Below, in pieces: positions 28,401-43,400 of a DNA stretch of 64,000 nucleotides (positions within the stretch are counted from its first letter, which is position 1; every line of letters begins with the position of its first letter). A program made the translations under genes and the position numbers. Below the pieces are notes generated by a model. It was not told where the DNA came from, searched no databases, and was given only the letters and a program-made list of their open reading frames with translations. This stretch comes from Lytechinus pictus (lineage: Eukaryota), in contig NC_087251.1 in NCBI RefSeq assembly GCF_037042905.1, forward strand, positions 41,914,001 through 41,978,000. Reading direction: 5' to 3'.

Positions 28401-31400
28401 AAAGTCCCTACACCAACAAATACTTTGTTGATCTCGGTATTATCACATTTAATATGCCGGGTCAATTCATAAGTACGAGATATTTTTTTTTTTAGAAGTT
28501 GACCTACTTTGACCATATATCATATCAATGAATTTCCTATTTAACTTGATTTCCTGCAGACATACACACAGATTTATTCTTGATTCAAATCAACCGATTT
28601 CCTGATTATACCAATAACAGAATGAAGGGCATCGCAAACAATGTAGGGATTAAACAGCATATCATCAAGTATGTATTATGTCAGGGTCTCTAAAAGTGTG
28701 TAGTCATTTTCAATTGAACCATGCAACTACCTATGGTGTTTCTACGAAATTTTCAATTGCATTTCAATCAGGTCATCTGCAATATTTCCTTGTCATTTTA
28801 GCACAAGGCAACAAAAATATGGGTAAGGATATCTAAATATTTTCTCGGACAAACTATCTGGCCATACCAATATTTCTGTACTTATCAAATAGGGAAAACA
28901 TATTACACATCAACTAATACAATTTGCAGCTATCTATCATCACTGATCCTACATTCTTCCAGGAATCCCAAATGAAATCTGCGATAAATACCATCCTTCA
29001 AAACTTTCCTGAAATTGGAAAACACACATTCATCATAATAATATGTGACAGTCACACCGGTGATACTGAGTCCAAACCAACCAAATCTGTAAAGTTATTT
29101 CCAATGACATACAACAAAGATACTACAAGGGGAAGATCAGACAGTACAAAGACCGCGTAATGAAACGGTCAGGAAGAGCGCCCCACAGAAGTAACAACCT
29201 TTTTTTACCTTTGCGTATCGTGAGATCGTTGTGTACAAAACATATGAGAGAAACGGTGAAGGAATAGACGATTTTTACATCTTAAAATTTTTTTCATTCA
29301 ATTTTTTGTTGTTGCTTGTATTAAAGATGAATATATTTCAAAGGTTTCTGAATAATAAAAGGTGAAATCATTCCCAAGGACCACCCTTGAGCCCTTTCCA
29401 AAGTCCCCTCTCTCATTTACCCCTGATGTTTTATACACAGCTGCGCGCCGATGTGCGATGGTTTACTAACTCAACGCCAGTGGGTGTCCTTCCCCCGGAG
29501 CATTTTTCGGGCGTTTGGGAGCGTTTCAAAAAAAATCGCCGAAGTGTCCAATCTTCCCCATATAGTATCTTTGAATACAATCTGTTGGTTTGGAGTCGGT
29601 TTCGTTGCGTGTGGCTGCAGCGCAAGAGATCTTTGAATTATATTTTGTTTTCAAACTAGGAAGAGGGACCATACCTGAGACTTGTATCTTGAGAAGCTCT
29701 TGACCTGCTACAACCTTCTCTCCATCTGGTGTCAACAACTCAAGGATGACTCCACTACATGGTGCTGGTACTGGGATAGAAGTCTGTCAAGACAATGTAT
29801 ATAGGATGATGATCTTTGATGGTTTGCATGGTTGGACAGATAATGTACAAGAGACTTAATACAACATATTGATGGGCGTATTGAGCTTCACCGGTGAACA
29901 GTACCAACAGAGATGCTTCAACAACAAAAATCATTTTTTAAAGAAATAAATTTCTCCATCATTGCATGAATCAATTAGAATAATTAATTCAGAGGAAGAT
30001 CTAGAGAGACAGACAGACAAAGAGAGAAAGAAAAAAAGAGAAAGAGGGAGAGATGAAGGGGAGAAACGAAGCACCACAGATGAAATTTTCAAGAGCTAAA
30101 TGATTTCTTCCTCACATACTTATGTCCATTTCAGTGTACACTGAGTTAAAAATAACAGGACTCGTGAAATGTCCGGGAATCGCATCTCAAATTTGCTCCA
30201 CAGTTTTGTATGAGTGCTACACTAAGTTTCCTTTGTGCATTATTTTTTTTTACACGGGGTGGCAAAAACAATAGTTGCAAGATATTACATGTATCTAACA
30301 ACCAGTAAAAGCAAATTTGAAAGGTAAAATTATTCCCTGAACTAGATGTTGCGCATCGTGAAATCGACTTAGTAATACAAAGCAATGGACATTTTCATAA
30401 ACAGCATCTTTGCCTCTTTCAAATACAACCCCCTTTCTCTCTTTACCGTATATGTGAAGACAGAATAGAGCTGAGACAACTTGACATAGTTGTACTTCAG
30501 CTTTATTCAAGCCTTGGCCCTTGCAGCCTTCTTCATGTTAGCTGTGTACAAATATGGAAAGAAACTCCATTTATTACACAATAGTATCGAAAGTATAACA
30601 TTCATGGAGCTTCTTCTCCATGTTGTTTGAATACAGCTAACCTAGAGTAGACTGCATGCCAGACAGCTTAAATAACAGCTCAAGTAGAGCTACATCCAGA
30701 TCTTTAGATCTTTAGCACTCTTTGTTCATGCTACATTCACGTCTCCATTGGAAATCAAAGTTGAAATTTACTACATCCTCCCTTGTTTACTCACAACACG
30801 CACTTTATATTTATCCCATTTTAACTCCTTAACATCTATTTTTACCACCACAAACACTCACTAATGTACACAAACAATGTCACGGAAGCCTCCTCACAAG
30901 GTGATTCAATATTCTGTTTGAAACACAATAGAAAAGAAAACCAGTAACCCGATTCTACGGACAAAAAGTGCATATGACCAACAATAACAAACAGACTAAT
31001 TGGAGGGGTATACATACTGTAACATTGAGGACCAACTAAACATCTGGTAATGTTATCCAGGGATTTTATAAAGAGAAGAATGGAAGGGAAAGTGAGATTT
31101 ACAGGAAATGACCCAACAATGACTGCACTTGATAATGTGACTCGTGGTCCCGACATACCTGTATGAAGTACATACACATACTTTAACAAGCGCTTCAGGA
31201 TCCCGTAACACAAAGGTTAGTGATTACTCGTACGCTTGATTTTCACGATTGATTGTACATTGTCGTTGGAATCAATCACAGAAAAAAATGCTCTTACAAT
31301 CATTGCTAAGCTTTGTGTTACGAGTTACACCTAAGCTCAAGGGGATCATATACAAGGGCAACTGAAATGGGAACATTGGATATGATTGTCAATACCTTGT

Positions 31401-34400
31401 CTGTTTCGATCTCTCCAATAACTTCATCTTCCTCTACAAAGTCCCCTACACCTGCAAATCATAGTGAAGAATGGATACAAAACAAAACATATGAAACTCA
31501 TTCATACTTTACTTTTAAACAGATGTTTTGCTCAAAGTATGTAATAGATTATTCAAAACAATTTCACATGGATATTGGTGCTAACAGTCCACTTTTCACT
31601 CACCTGAATATGATTATTTGAAATTCATTTGAAATTGCATTTGGACAACTTCATAATCCATAAACATATACCAACCTGAATCCCACCCCCACCCAAAACA
31701 AAAAGAGACAAATATCATAAAGCTGAAGAAAATTAATCAATACCACCATCTCAAACACAAATACAGGTATCTCGTGAAATTTCTGATTTTCTGTATTAAA
31801 AAAAAATCCCAAAATTTAATTTAGCAACGTCTGCGTGGTTGAAATTCAAGGACTTCTGGGAACATCTACAGTAGGAATTTAAGGCAGAATTTCACCGTCA
31901 AGGACAAAACATATACAAGTACCAGCAGTATGTAGAATCACTGTATGAAGAATAAGCATGCAAAATGCTCACTATAACTAAGTAAAACAAGACCTGCAAA
32001 CAATTCAGGAAACTACGTTCTAGACCAAATTATTCTGAATTTCAGGCCAAGTTTATGACTTATGAGCAAGTTTCGGGAATTCAAGGATAAAACTCTAGCA
32101 CTTACATGTAAGGTGTAAATTGACCCAACTATTTTGTAGATAATTAATGCAAGAGAGCCTGAGATATAATTTCTTGGAAATACAAGTAGTTATATCCTGG
32201 TTTACTAGGTACTTCTTGAAAGTTCATCCTTGGACTGCCTTATCTTTGCTTTGAAAGCTAAGAAATTTGATAGCCAAAACAATAGTTTATTGTAAGTTCA
32301 GAAAAGTACAGATATGTTAGAGAATACAAAAGAATTCAGAAAGAACTACTGTACATGTAAGCTTTCTAACAATGCTAGACCAAGTATGCTACTGGCATAG
32401 CAAAATGATTTTCAGTTTAAGACATTCATGTATGTCACCACTACATGTACTTGTGTGTCCTTATCTATCAAAACACATGCCTTTTTACACAAGTCACTTT
32501 CTATTCTCCATCAATTTTTTTTATTACAGAGGCAATGCTTTTATATAAAGAATTAATATTCATTTTAAAAATTCCAAATGAAATTGTATTATGATATGTA
32601 CATGTATGCACATCAATACAATACAAATATCTTAAGTTAATTAAATCAACAACCAAACAAAATTTAATATATATCAGGGCTTTTATTTCCAATAACTCCT
32701 GTTACATGTACCTTTTAAAATACACCCCAAAACTATTGTATCATATTTCCACTTTCCAGATGTAAAATACATATATATTTTTCTGAACAGCTTGAGTAAA
32801 ACAAATACATTTATAAATAAGAACGCCTATTTTTCTTGCATACCCTGAAGTGATGATAAAAAGAGCAACAGTTTGAAGAGAGGGATGATTGTAGAGGAGG
32901 AGGAGGCAAGATGTCATCAATTATTTAGGAGAATAAATGAAGCATTTGAAAATGAGAATACGACGAGACCCCAGAGGATAGTAATGGGGCCTTGCCATAA
33001 CGATGAGCGACCACGCATCGCATCACCCAAGCTAAAAGATGATTAGTTTTCAGACAAGAAAGATGAGCACTTTATCTAATTTGCCATTCATCTTTGGATA
33101 GCTCAATTAGTCTCGTCTTTGGATTGAGGTGTCGGAAAGACTTTTAAATGGACATGGCTTGGGCTTGCCAGACGAAACGCATCCCTTCAATATACCAATT
33201 ATTTTTTTGGCTTGCGAGACGGGATTGAAATGAAAATGTCATTATTACTCCAAGGCCATTAGGATGAAGTAGGTTTCTCTTAATTTCTTTCTTTCACGTT
33301 TTCTCTCAATCTATCTTTTCTCATTTCAATTTATTTGTTCATCAAATCGCCTGTTCTTGTTACAAATAAACAATCCACCTTCAACTATGCAAAGCAAAGA
33401 GCTTTGAAATGATTCAAATTTACAAGATAAGCTATATTCAAGCTTGATCTTTGTGAAGGCCGTATTTATCAATCTATTTTCAAAATTTACAGTACAGTTC
33501 CTCTATAACATTATTTCAACCCTTATCATAAAATAAAATATTTTCCTGTATTTTTTACCCAACTGGCAATTTTATTTAATCTTGATACATTTATATGCAA
33601 ATCTATTTGCACAGTACATATAGTAAGTTCTTGTTAACATTTTGCACATGAATTAAAAAAAAAATCAAAGGGGTTGTAAAAGAAAATGTAAGAGAAAAAA
33701 TGAATGAATGATGAACTTATATTGAAAATTTATATTCCCAGCAAATGTCAATTTACTTGATTGCAATACATTATTGATGGTACCATTATTCTGTATTTCT
33801 CCGGAGTGACTTTGTGAAAATAAAGAGCTCTTTGCAGACGACTGAGACAGAATGACTGACAATTGAATAACAACTTCTTAGCTACGATGAAGACTCATGA
33901 CTTGAAGACAATAGAACGTTTACCACAATAGTGCCAAGCTCTTATGCATGACTTCATAAATAGAAACTGTCAACGTCTGCCTTTCTCCCCTATTCTTAAG
34001 AAATATGTTTCAATTCATTTCATTGCTATGCTCTAGTTACTGTACCAAGCAAGCTATTCATAGTCATAAGTCTTTTTTTTTGGAAAGATGGAATGAAAAT
34101 TTAAAAAAATCTTCATTTTCAAAAGAATATAATTTACATGTAGAAAGACAAAGTGGAGATGTTTTGTTTCATTTATAAAGGACATGGTTTTCATAGTTTA
34201 AACCACAGCGAAGATAAATATTTAATATGTTGGTAGAAAGACGAGATGCTGCGTAACAAGTAAATGAGTCACTTTATAAGGTTGAGTGCTAGAGCATGTC
34301 AAGAAAATTGTGAATCAGGAAATATACATGTATGTACAAGAGAAAATACTGTATTGATCGAACAAGTGCAAGTAGTTAAAATTGAATATAGCAATACGCT

Positions 34401-37400
34401 GGCAAAGATAAACCCAAGTACATTCATATAAAGATGTAAAGATTTTATGATATTTGCCAAGTTAATATCTTTATTGGATAACCCAGAATAGTACCAGATG
34501 CATGTAAACTACAAAATCTCATAAACTGCATAGAGAAGTCTACGATAAGACTTGTATTGATATGCATTCATCAGATATGCAGGGTCAGAAATAACATTGA
34601 TTTTATATATCTTGGTGCTGGTATTAAAAATCATGATTTAAAAAAATAGAAAAAGAACTGTGAAGAGATGGAGATTCCAGCTTTCCCAAAGAGGGATGTA
34701 ATTACAGATGGCATGATGTATTTCAATGAAGAAGATAAGACCGCTTCATTTCATTATATTTTGACCCGACACCCCGACCTACAATACAAAAAAAGAGAGG
34801 ATTGCTGACAAAAACAAGAAAGAATCAACTTCTACAAATACATGACTTTGACATGATAAAGAGTTCCTGAAAATAAAGGATGCTTCAAATACCTTGACCA
34901 CCCCCCCCCTTTCAACAAAAAAGGAGGACTGCAGATAAAAAAAAAACATGAAAAAATCAGGTTAAACAAGTACATGGCATCTTGCATGATAAAGAGCTCC
35001 TACACCCAACTTTGGTTCATTTTATACAACAGCAAGCAATAAATTAAAAACTTCATCTCTATATATGTGATTTGTAAAACCCAACACCTACCCAATGCAT
35101 TAAATTCACTTCAAAAGCCACTTGTAAACCAATCTCTTAACCTCTTCTTGACAATTGAAGACCATCTGGAGTGATATCAAAGTTGAAAATGCCAACACTT
35201 GGGCAACCTGTAGGTGTGAGGCATCTGGATTCCCGGCAACCCTTCACACCCCATGACTTGTCTCATTCCTACTCATATCCTTCCAAACATTCTCTTCCCT
35301 TTCATTCCGCATCTTCTCCAAAAGCCATCTCGGCCCCGCGTCAATATTTCTTTTGATCTCGCAGAGGAAATCTTGTAGTAATGGTGAAAGGAGGGCAGCT
35401 GTGCTTTGGCACGTGCACGCGGGATTGGACATGGTGTTTACAGCAGGAGGTTTGTTTGGGTAGAATAGAAGAGATCTCTGGTAATTCCTTGCCGATATTA
35501 AAATCAATGACCGACACCCTTTAACACGATGTCAATAAGAATAGGATTAAGACAGGGACATTGACACTTCCAATTGTGCATTGCCCTCAGTAGAGTCGGA
35601 TTCTTTTAATGATCACACAGTCATAACAGGCTTGGCTTTACCTCCCTCGCTAACAAATCATACATAATGTAGGTATAGAAAACCGTCAACAACTCCATCA
35701 GTTAAATGACAAAGTGCACCCACTTTCACGTAAGTGCTCAACGTATTTACAGTACAGGACCAAGGAAAATAACTTCTAAAATGAAAGTGATCTTCGAACT
35801 AAAACATATTCAATGCAACTATCAAATACCACTAACACCAAACTTACAACATTAGAGATCCATTTTTTTTTTTTGGGGGGGGGGTAAATGTTTGTAGGAC
35901 AAACAAAAATATAACAAATACATGTATAAACAATAATTAAAGACTAGGCCAATTTCAATTATGGACATTCATATGATTTTTTTGTATTTTTTAATGTTGA
36001 GGCATTTGCAATAAATGCTGCTTAATTGGACTGAAAAATAAAGCTATATTCATTATTCAAATACATTTACTACTGGATATTAATCATCTTTCAATTAAAA
36101 GAAAAATAAAAACTCTGAAAAACTAACATTTCCATCAGAGAAAGAAGTCAGAAACGAGTTGATGCCTCATCAAAAAGGCAAAAGATAACAAAAGAAAATT
36201 AAAGATTATAATCATCATTCCGAAATAAATCCATTTCTCCCCATGAACATGGATGCATTTAAAGATGACTTCATTCAGAAAATGTCATTTGATAGTTCAG
36301 AATGGTGATTAAATATCATCATTCTGATTTATTCAATATAAAACAAATTTATTAGAATAATTTATAATACAGCAGTAAAAAGAATTATACTGAAGGCCTA
36401 GAGAGTTTGGAACTATTATACATGCAGTAAAATTAATGTGACTACACTGTACATTCATTTCCTGAAGGCGGGGGAGGGGGAGAGGGACACAGCCCCGATG
36501 GAAAATGGTCACATTCTGGTAACTAATGGCACCATACCGTGTTAACAAGTCTTTCTCATTTCCGTAAATATTTCCATCATTTTTTTTTTTGATGATAAAG
36601 AATAGAATCTAAACTCTTAATACAGGTAGTCCCCAAATTAGATTTCTAAAATGCATGCTGCGGGCTACAACCGTACAATCTCTATGCTAACGTCACCTTG
36701 AACAATAGGTGTGTGCAAATGGTTGCATCACCTATGTAGCTCCAATCTATTCTGCAAAGTCGTAAGCAATAAATATTTTTGTAAATACAAGTAGTAGGCC
36801 TAGACTCACAGATGTAGTCCTCCATGGCAATCAATCGTGTATATTTACATAACAGATATAAAGCCATATATTAAATGAACATGATCTACTGAAAGGATCA
36901 ATAAGTGAGAATATTGATAATAAAGTTAGAAGCTCCAGTGTCAATTTAAAGTACAATCCAGCTGGTGGGTATTTTCTTAAAAGGAAATCATGAAATTCAT
37001 TTGTACACATACTCCATAATTATCTATTTTCTCAATGAACAGAAAAGCGCAGCCGTTTCTTCTTTTGCGTGGGGAGGGGGTAAGCTTTACTAACCATTCC
37101 TATTGATCTGTATTACATTTAACCTTTAAATCATTTCTCTTATCCTCCTTCAACTCTCTTTGCCTTTTAGATGATAGTCACAGAAGCAGAAAGGGAAGTT
37201 ACCTTTATCTGCACTTGACCTAGTATAGCCTTTAACACATATTCACTTAACAAAAAAAGTGCATACAAGGGAATCACCAACAACAGGGTCATCTTACAAA
37301 GAGTTACGATTTATCCGATCAATCGCAACTATGGACGGCCAGCAAAGTCAGCATACAAAATGCATGTTTATTTTTTTAAAAAATTCTAGATATGAATGTA

Positions 37401-40400
37401 TATCTATAAATTCATTGATTTCTTGACAATTTGGTGTGATCTCCTTTGTTTACAAAAGACATTTTGCAAATTTCCTGAAGAAAAAAATTATGACACTGAT
37501 GGATTTCCAGAGTTACGATTGATTGGATCAATCGTAAGTCTTCGTAAGACCCTGGTCTCAAATTAATGTATATTCCATAGTATAATGTATATGTATCCAA
37601 TGTATATTGCATATAAGCAATTTACAGGTTTACAGAGTTTTCTTCTATTTGAACCAATTTTGTAGCTCTCTACTAAGATAACATGTGGGTCGAACACCAT
37701 AACATGGGGGGGGGGGAGGAAACACTGAGCAATGTTGAAACTTGGGAGGGGTGATGTGATGCATGCTTTACCTAGCAAAAAAAAGCTGACAAAAATTTTA
37801 CCTGAAAATGGTTAGGAGAAGTGTATTGATGTGTAGTATTGAACTAAAATAATAAAAATGACAAATTATAATAAAATTTTGTTTACAGTGGAAAATTAAT
37901 TTTGCAGTGACAGATGATAAGTATTTACTATCAAGTAAAACAAAAATCACTGGTTGAGTATATGAACAATTTTTACAAGGATAATATGGCGCTAAATAAA
38001 CAGTATAATATGTTAATGCGATGGAAAGCTGAGTTGCTGAATTCCTACAAGAGTTGTTTCAAAAGAAAGCGATAATTGCAAAATAACAAGAAGAACCAAG
38101 ACAAAGAAGAACAAATTACTGGAGTAACACATGGATCAATGGTGTATCTTAGGAATAATATAAAGTTGAATCATCTTACCTTTATCCCACCTTACATCGC
38201 CCTCTGACACCGACTCGGCAAAAGGAGGTGTTTCTACCACTTTAACTTCATCATCTGAAACACAAAATAAAACAAAACTAGCACATCAATGATGTGGAGC
38301 TCATCGGGCATCTCGCAACGAAATTTAACACATTTAATTTTAGCCAAGTTGACACTGTAGTGAATTACATTGGTGACATAAATTGAGGATATAGAATTGA
38401 AATTGATGAAAAAATGACATAGAAGCATTTTTGTGATCTATGAATAAATTTCATATAAATTAAGCATAAATAATTTTCTAGTCAAAATTTCTCAACTCTG
38501 TGTAGAACCTTGGTAAACCTCATGTACAATGTAGCTCTCAGATGGAACAAAAATAATCAAAATCAATCAAGAAATAAAAAAGTATTTTTGTGAGTTTTTA
38601 AAAAATATGAATAAATGAGTATATTTAATGAGTTTCAAAATTCTGTGTTGAAATTTTGTATCACCACCTCGAGCTATCATATAAAGCAAACAAAATTAAA
38701 ATTGATTTACAAATGAAGAAGAAAAAACATTTTTGTGATATATGAATAAATTTTGCATAAATTAGCATAAATAATTTCCTAGAAAAAAATTCAAAATTTA
38801 GTGTACAAGTTTGGTGAACCTCATGCAGCTCTACCAGATGGAAGAAAAAAAAATCAAAATTGGTCAACAAATAAAGAAGAGGCATTTTCTGTGATTTATG
38901 TATAAATTTTGCATGAATTATCGTAAATAATTTTCTACTGAAAATTTCAAAATTCTGTGTAGAAGTTTAGTGACCCTCATGAAGTTCTACCAGATGGAAG
39001 AAAAATAAAAATCGATCAACAATCAAAGAAGGAGCATTTTATGTTAATTTTTAAAAATATGCATAAATTAGCATATTTAAAGGACAAGTCCACCCCAACA
39101 AAAAGTTGATTTAATAAAAAAGAGAAAAATCCAACAAGCATAACACTAAAAATTTCATCAAAATCGGATGTAAAATAAGAAAGTTATGACATTATAAAGT
39201 TTCGCTTAATTTCACAAAAAAGTTATATGCACATCCTGGTTGGTATGCAAATGAGGAGACTGATGACGTCATCCACTCACTATTTCTTTCGTATTTTATT
39301 ATATGAAATATTAAATATTCTAATTTTCTCCTCATTGTCAAGTGATACAACAATTAATTCCTCCCTGAACATGTGGAATTAGCATTGTTTAATAATATAT
39401 GGTTCAGTCAAGTTGGTCCTTTTTGTCAAATCTATAAAAAATGAAATATTGTATAATTCAAACAATAAAAAACAAAAGAAATAGTGAGTGATGGACATCA
39501 TCGACTGACTCACCTAGTTGTACATATCACTGTTTTGTGAAAAATAAGCGAAATTTTAAAATGTCATAACTTTCTGATTTTACATCTGATTTTGATGAAA
39601 TTTTCAGCACTATGTTAGTTTGATTTTTCTCTATTTATTCAAGTTAGCATTTTCCTGGGGTGGACTTGACCTTTAATGAGTTTCAAAATTCTGTGTAGAA
39701 GTTTTGAATCCCCCATCTAATGCTATCATATAAAGCAAACATAATTGAAATCAGACTTGAAATTATGAAGAAGAAGCATTTTGAAATTCAGTCAACAAAT
39801 AAAGAGGCATTTTCTGTGATTTATGAATTTTGCATTAATTAGCATAAATAATTTTCTACTCCAAATTTAAAAATTCTGTGTAGAAGTTTGGTGAACCTCA
39901 TGAAGCTCTACCAGATGGAAGAAAAAAAAAATCAAAATCGGTCAACGAATAAAGAAGAAGCATTTTATGTGAATTTTTAAAAATATGCATAAATTAATTT
40001 CGCATAACTAAGCATTAAAATTGTTCTAGTCAAAATTTCAAAATTCTGTGTAGAAGTTTGGTGAACCTCATGAAGCTCTACCAGATGGAAGCAAAAAAAT
40101 CAAAATCGGTCAACAAATAAGCATTTTTTGTGAATTTTGAAAAATGTGCATAAATTAGCATATTTAAGAGTTTCAAAATTCTGTGTAAAAGTTTAGAATC
40201 CCCCACCAAGTGCTATCATATAAAGCAAACAGAATTGAAATCGGACTTGAAATGGCAAAGAAGAAGCATTTTGAAATTGTGGACGGACGACAGACGCCAC
40301 GGCATAAGCTCATCTGGCCCTTCGGGCCGGATGAGCTAAAAATGACTATTCTATCCCTTCTAAACCAAGAACATATTTAATGATTATTAGGAAGGTGTTC

Positions 40401-43400
40401 TATACAGTAAGTCTAACTCAATACTTGCCTGAATTAGACAACATAATAACAAAAAGTCTGGCTTTGCCATGATGATATTTTGCTTATACAATTGGAACAT
40501 TCCACTGAATTGGACATTGGACTCATCTGGAATTTCCCTTGAAGGTACATGGTATTCTGGTAGTGTGAGATGTAGGGGTACTATCTTTTACTATTATACT
40601 TACTATAATAATGTGAAGTATGGATTCCTTTTAGATCCCAGATTGGTTGTGACTGGTAGCTTCCTATTGCTGGCTGTATCCTTGTACTTTATAGAAGTTG
40701 GTTGAGCAGAGAGGAAAAAAGGAATATGTAATTTTTAAAAATCCTTTTTAATTTTCTACAAAATGGATCCTCCAAAAATGATTTAGTTAGGAACAATATT
40801 TCAACTGTTCAGAAATAAGTGAAATAAGTGAAGTTAAATATGTCTAGGAAGACAAAATAACTATGCAATCAATCTACAAAGAAGTTGTTTGAGCAGAGAA
40901 GTAACATAGAAACATCCTTAAAAAAGAATTCCCTTTTAATTTTCCACAATATGGATCCCAAATATAATTTAATTAGGAATAACACTTCAACTGTTCAAGT
41001 TAAAATGTACAATGTACTTCTAGAAAGAAGTTGTTTGAGCAGAGAATTAAAACATATTATACAGAGAATTCCCTTCTGATTTCCTACAACATGGACCCAA
41101 AGAAAAAAATTATTTAGTGCAGAGAAAGCATTTTAAATGTTTAGGATATGAGAGTGGGTAAATTCAAAGATGAACATAAAAACACAATAATTATGTACTT
41201 GCAATCTATCATTCTATAGCATTACAAGACCAAGATGTCTTAAATGAAAATCATCCCATCTAAATATAATTGATTTGAATGCTCGAGTGAAACCAAAATG
41301 AAATGATTTTCTCCATTTCCCCTCTAAACAAAAAATTGGTGAATATCAAAATATCTAACCATGTCTAAAATCTATCCTCAATGACCACTGCTTTATCCTA
41401 TGAGGGTAGATAATGAATGATACACACATTAGGGGGCTAATTCTCACACATTACTGTTTGCTTCAGAGGAACCTGTTGGTACAGCATCCATAGTCTTTGT
41501 TAATTCCAAATGATTTCACTTGAATAACCGATAGCATGAGCACACACTTCCAGAGTGCATTTACCCAGAATGGGGAGACTTTCTTTTCTAATCAAACACA
41601 GCACTACTATACCTAACCAAGGGGACGAAGGATCATTTGAGGCTACTTTACAACAACAAAAAATGGGTCAGAGCTGCATTTGATGGAAAGGGTTCCTTCC
41701 CAAGATTTTAAATGAAAAACATATATCACCCCTCTCAATGCAATTTCTCTACTGTCAATATATCCATTTCCCCTGACAATTGTCCTCACTGATGGCTGAA
41801 TTGTATATCGTTTATGGGTGGTATAATATTTGCATTGCATTCTCCACGCTGCTTTGTTCAAACCACTTGAAAGATTAGCATTATACCTTATCCACTATTC
41901 TACAGATCATTGGCCATTGCTGGTCCATGCTTCATTGCATAACGGCATACAGAGATGGAAAATTAATAACATGCTGTATTATCTGCCTAAACTGGCTGTG
42001 ATGGAGGTGAACCCTTGGATGTATTTTCATCTTGTTGCTCTTCTTAATGCATCTATAAAGTTGGGTGTGAATTATTCATGATCTGTCTCACACGAGGGAA
42101 TTTCTGAGCCCCTGCTGCGGCCTTCTTCTGTTATTAATGATCCATGGATGCAAATATGATTACAAGAGAAATATATCAAGGTCTAAGTTTTCCCCCTCTC
42201 TTGCAATCAATAATGCTTTCAACATTGGAAAAAGGGAGGAAGTTAAATGAAAAGCAACAAGTCTGCCTTGGGGACTTTTAGTGTGGTTACTCAGGGATGA
42301 AATTAAAGAGGTGGAATGTAAAGATGAATGGATGAGAGAGATGGTGAGATGAAGTAAATGTATACCTCAGAGCTTGTTGATACTTTGAAAGCTGATTATA
42401 TGCCCTCCACTGACATCCCTCCGATGAAGCTTGAAAAATAAAACCATTTTCACAGAGATTAAGATAAAGGCTAATAAGTTGTATAAAAAAATCAAGGATC
42501 AGTTTAATTAATGTATCCCTTATACTTCAACTTACAGTGTTAAAATACAATCAAAGAAAATTACACAAGAACTTACATATACACGGGATATTTACAAATG
42601 TTTGGAGATACATGTTGAAACCGAGCAATGTTTTCAAGGCCTTTTGCCGGGACCCCCTGCTTTTGCAGGGAACCCTCCTTGACCAGAAGGGTATTCACAG
42701 CTTACTATTAAATAAGCCCTGATAATAACAGGCCGCTACTCCCTTACACCTTCTTAATTGGTTGTTTTTTGCCTGGTGAGCAAATGGTTAACAAGGTAAA
42801 TACAATTATGAACCATACATTTAAGGTTTTATGCAAAAAGCCTAGATATGAATTAATTCTGAAAAGAGGAAAAGAGGGGAAATGGGTTTGTCAGGGTTAC
42901 GTTTCTTGAGGAACTTTAACTTACCACATGTACCTACCATCAGGAGCAGTGATAGGGTGTTTTTATTGGGGGACAGCACAAACTTAAAACAGGGCACTCG
43001 CGTCCCTGCTTAAAACAATGGCCTTTTCCTCAATTGAATAATACTTTAAAGGAGAAGTTCACCCTGAAGAAAAGTTTGTTGTAAAAATAGCAGAAAAAAT
43101 GATAAAAAATACTGGTGAAGGTTTGAGGAAAATCCATTAAAGATTAAGGAAGTTATAAGAATTTCAAGTTTTGTATTTCTGACATCATAAATGAGCAGCT
43201 GTGTGTGTGTATGTGTGTGTGTATTTGAGTTTTGTCAGATGTGCATCAATCAGATATGATTATTTACGTCTGGGACAGACCTTTAACGTCACCATCTGAA
43301 AGACGTGACAAGGGCTCGAACCTCGAACCTCTGCATCCATTTGTAACTTCCCCACAGCTTGGATTACAGGCACATGCCACAATGCCCATATGTTATGTAA

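Noticed and set aside
40604..40673. Alternative exon 4 acceptor at the CAG 13 nt downstream
   Set aside because: It has a purine-rich upstream context and gives phase 0, incompatible with the phase-2 end of exon 3.
43347..43387. Human Alu contamination
   Set aside because: Only the first ~40 nt resemble 7SL/Alu. The rest is a non-primate SINE body with a CA tail, embedded in a resident MITE.
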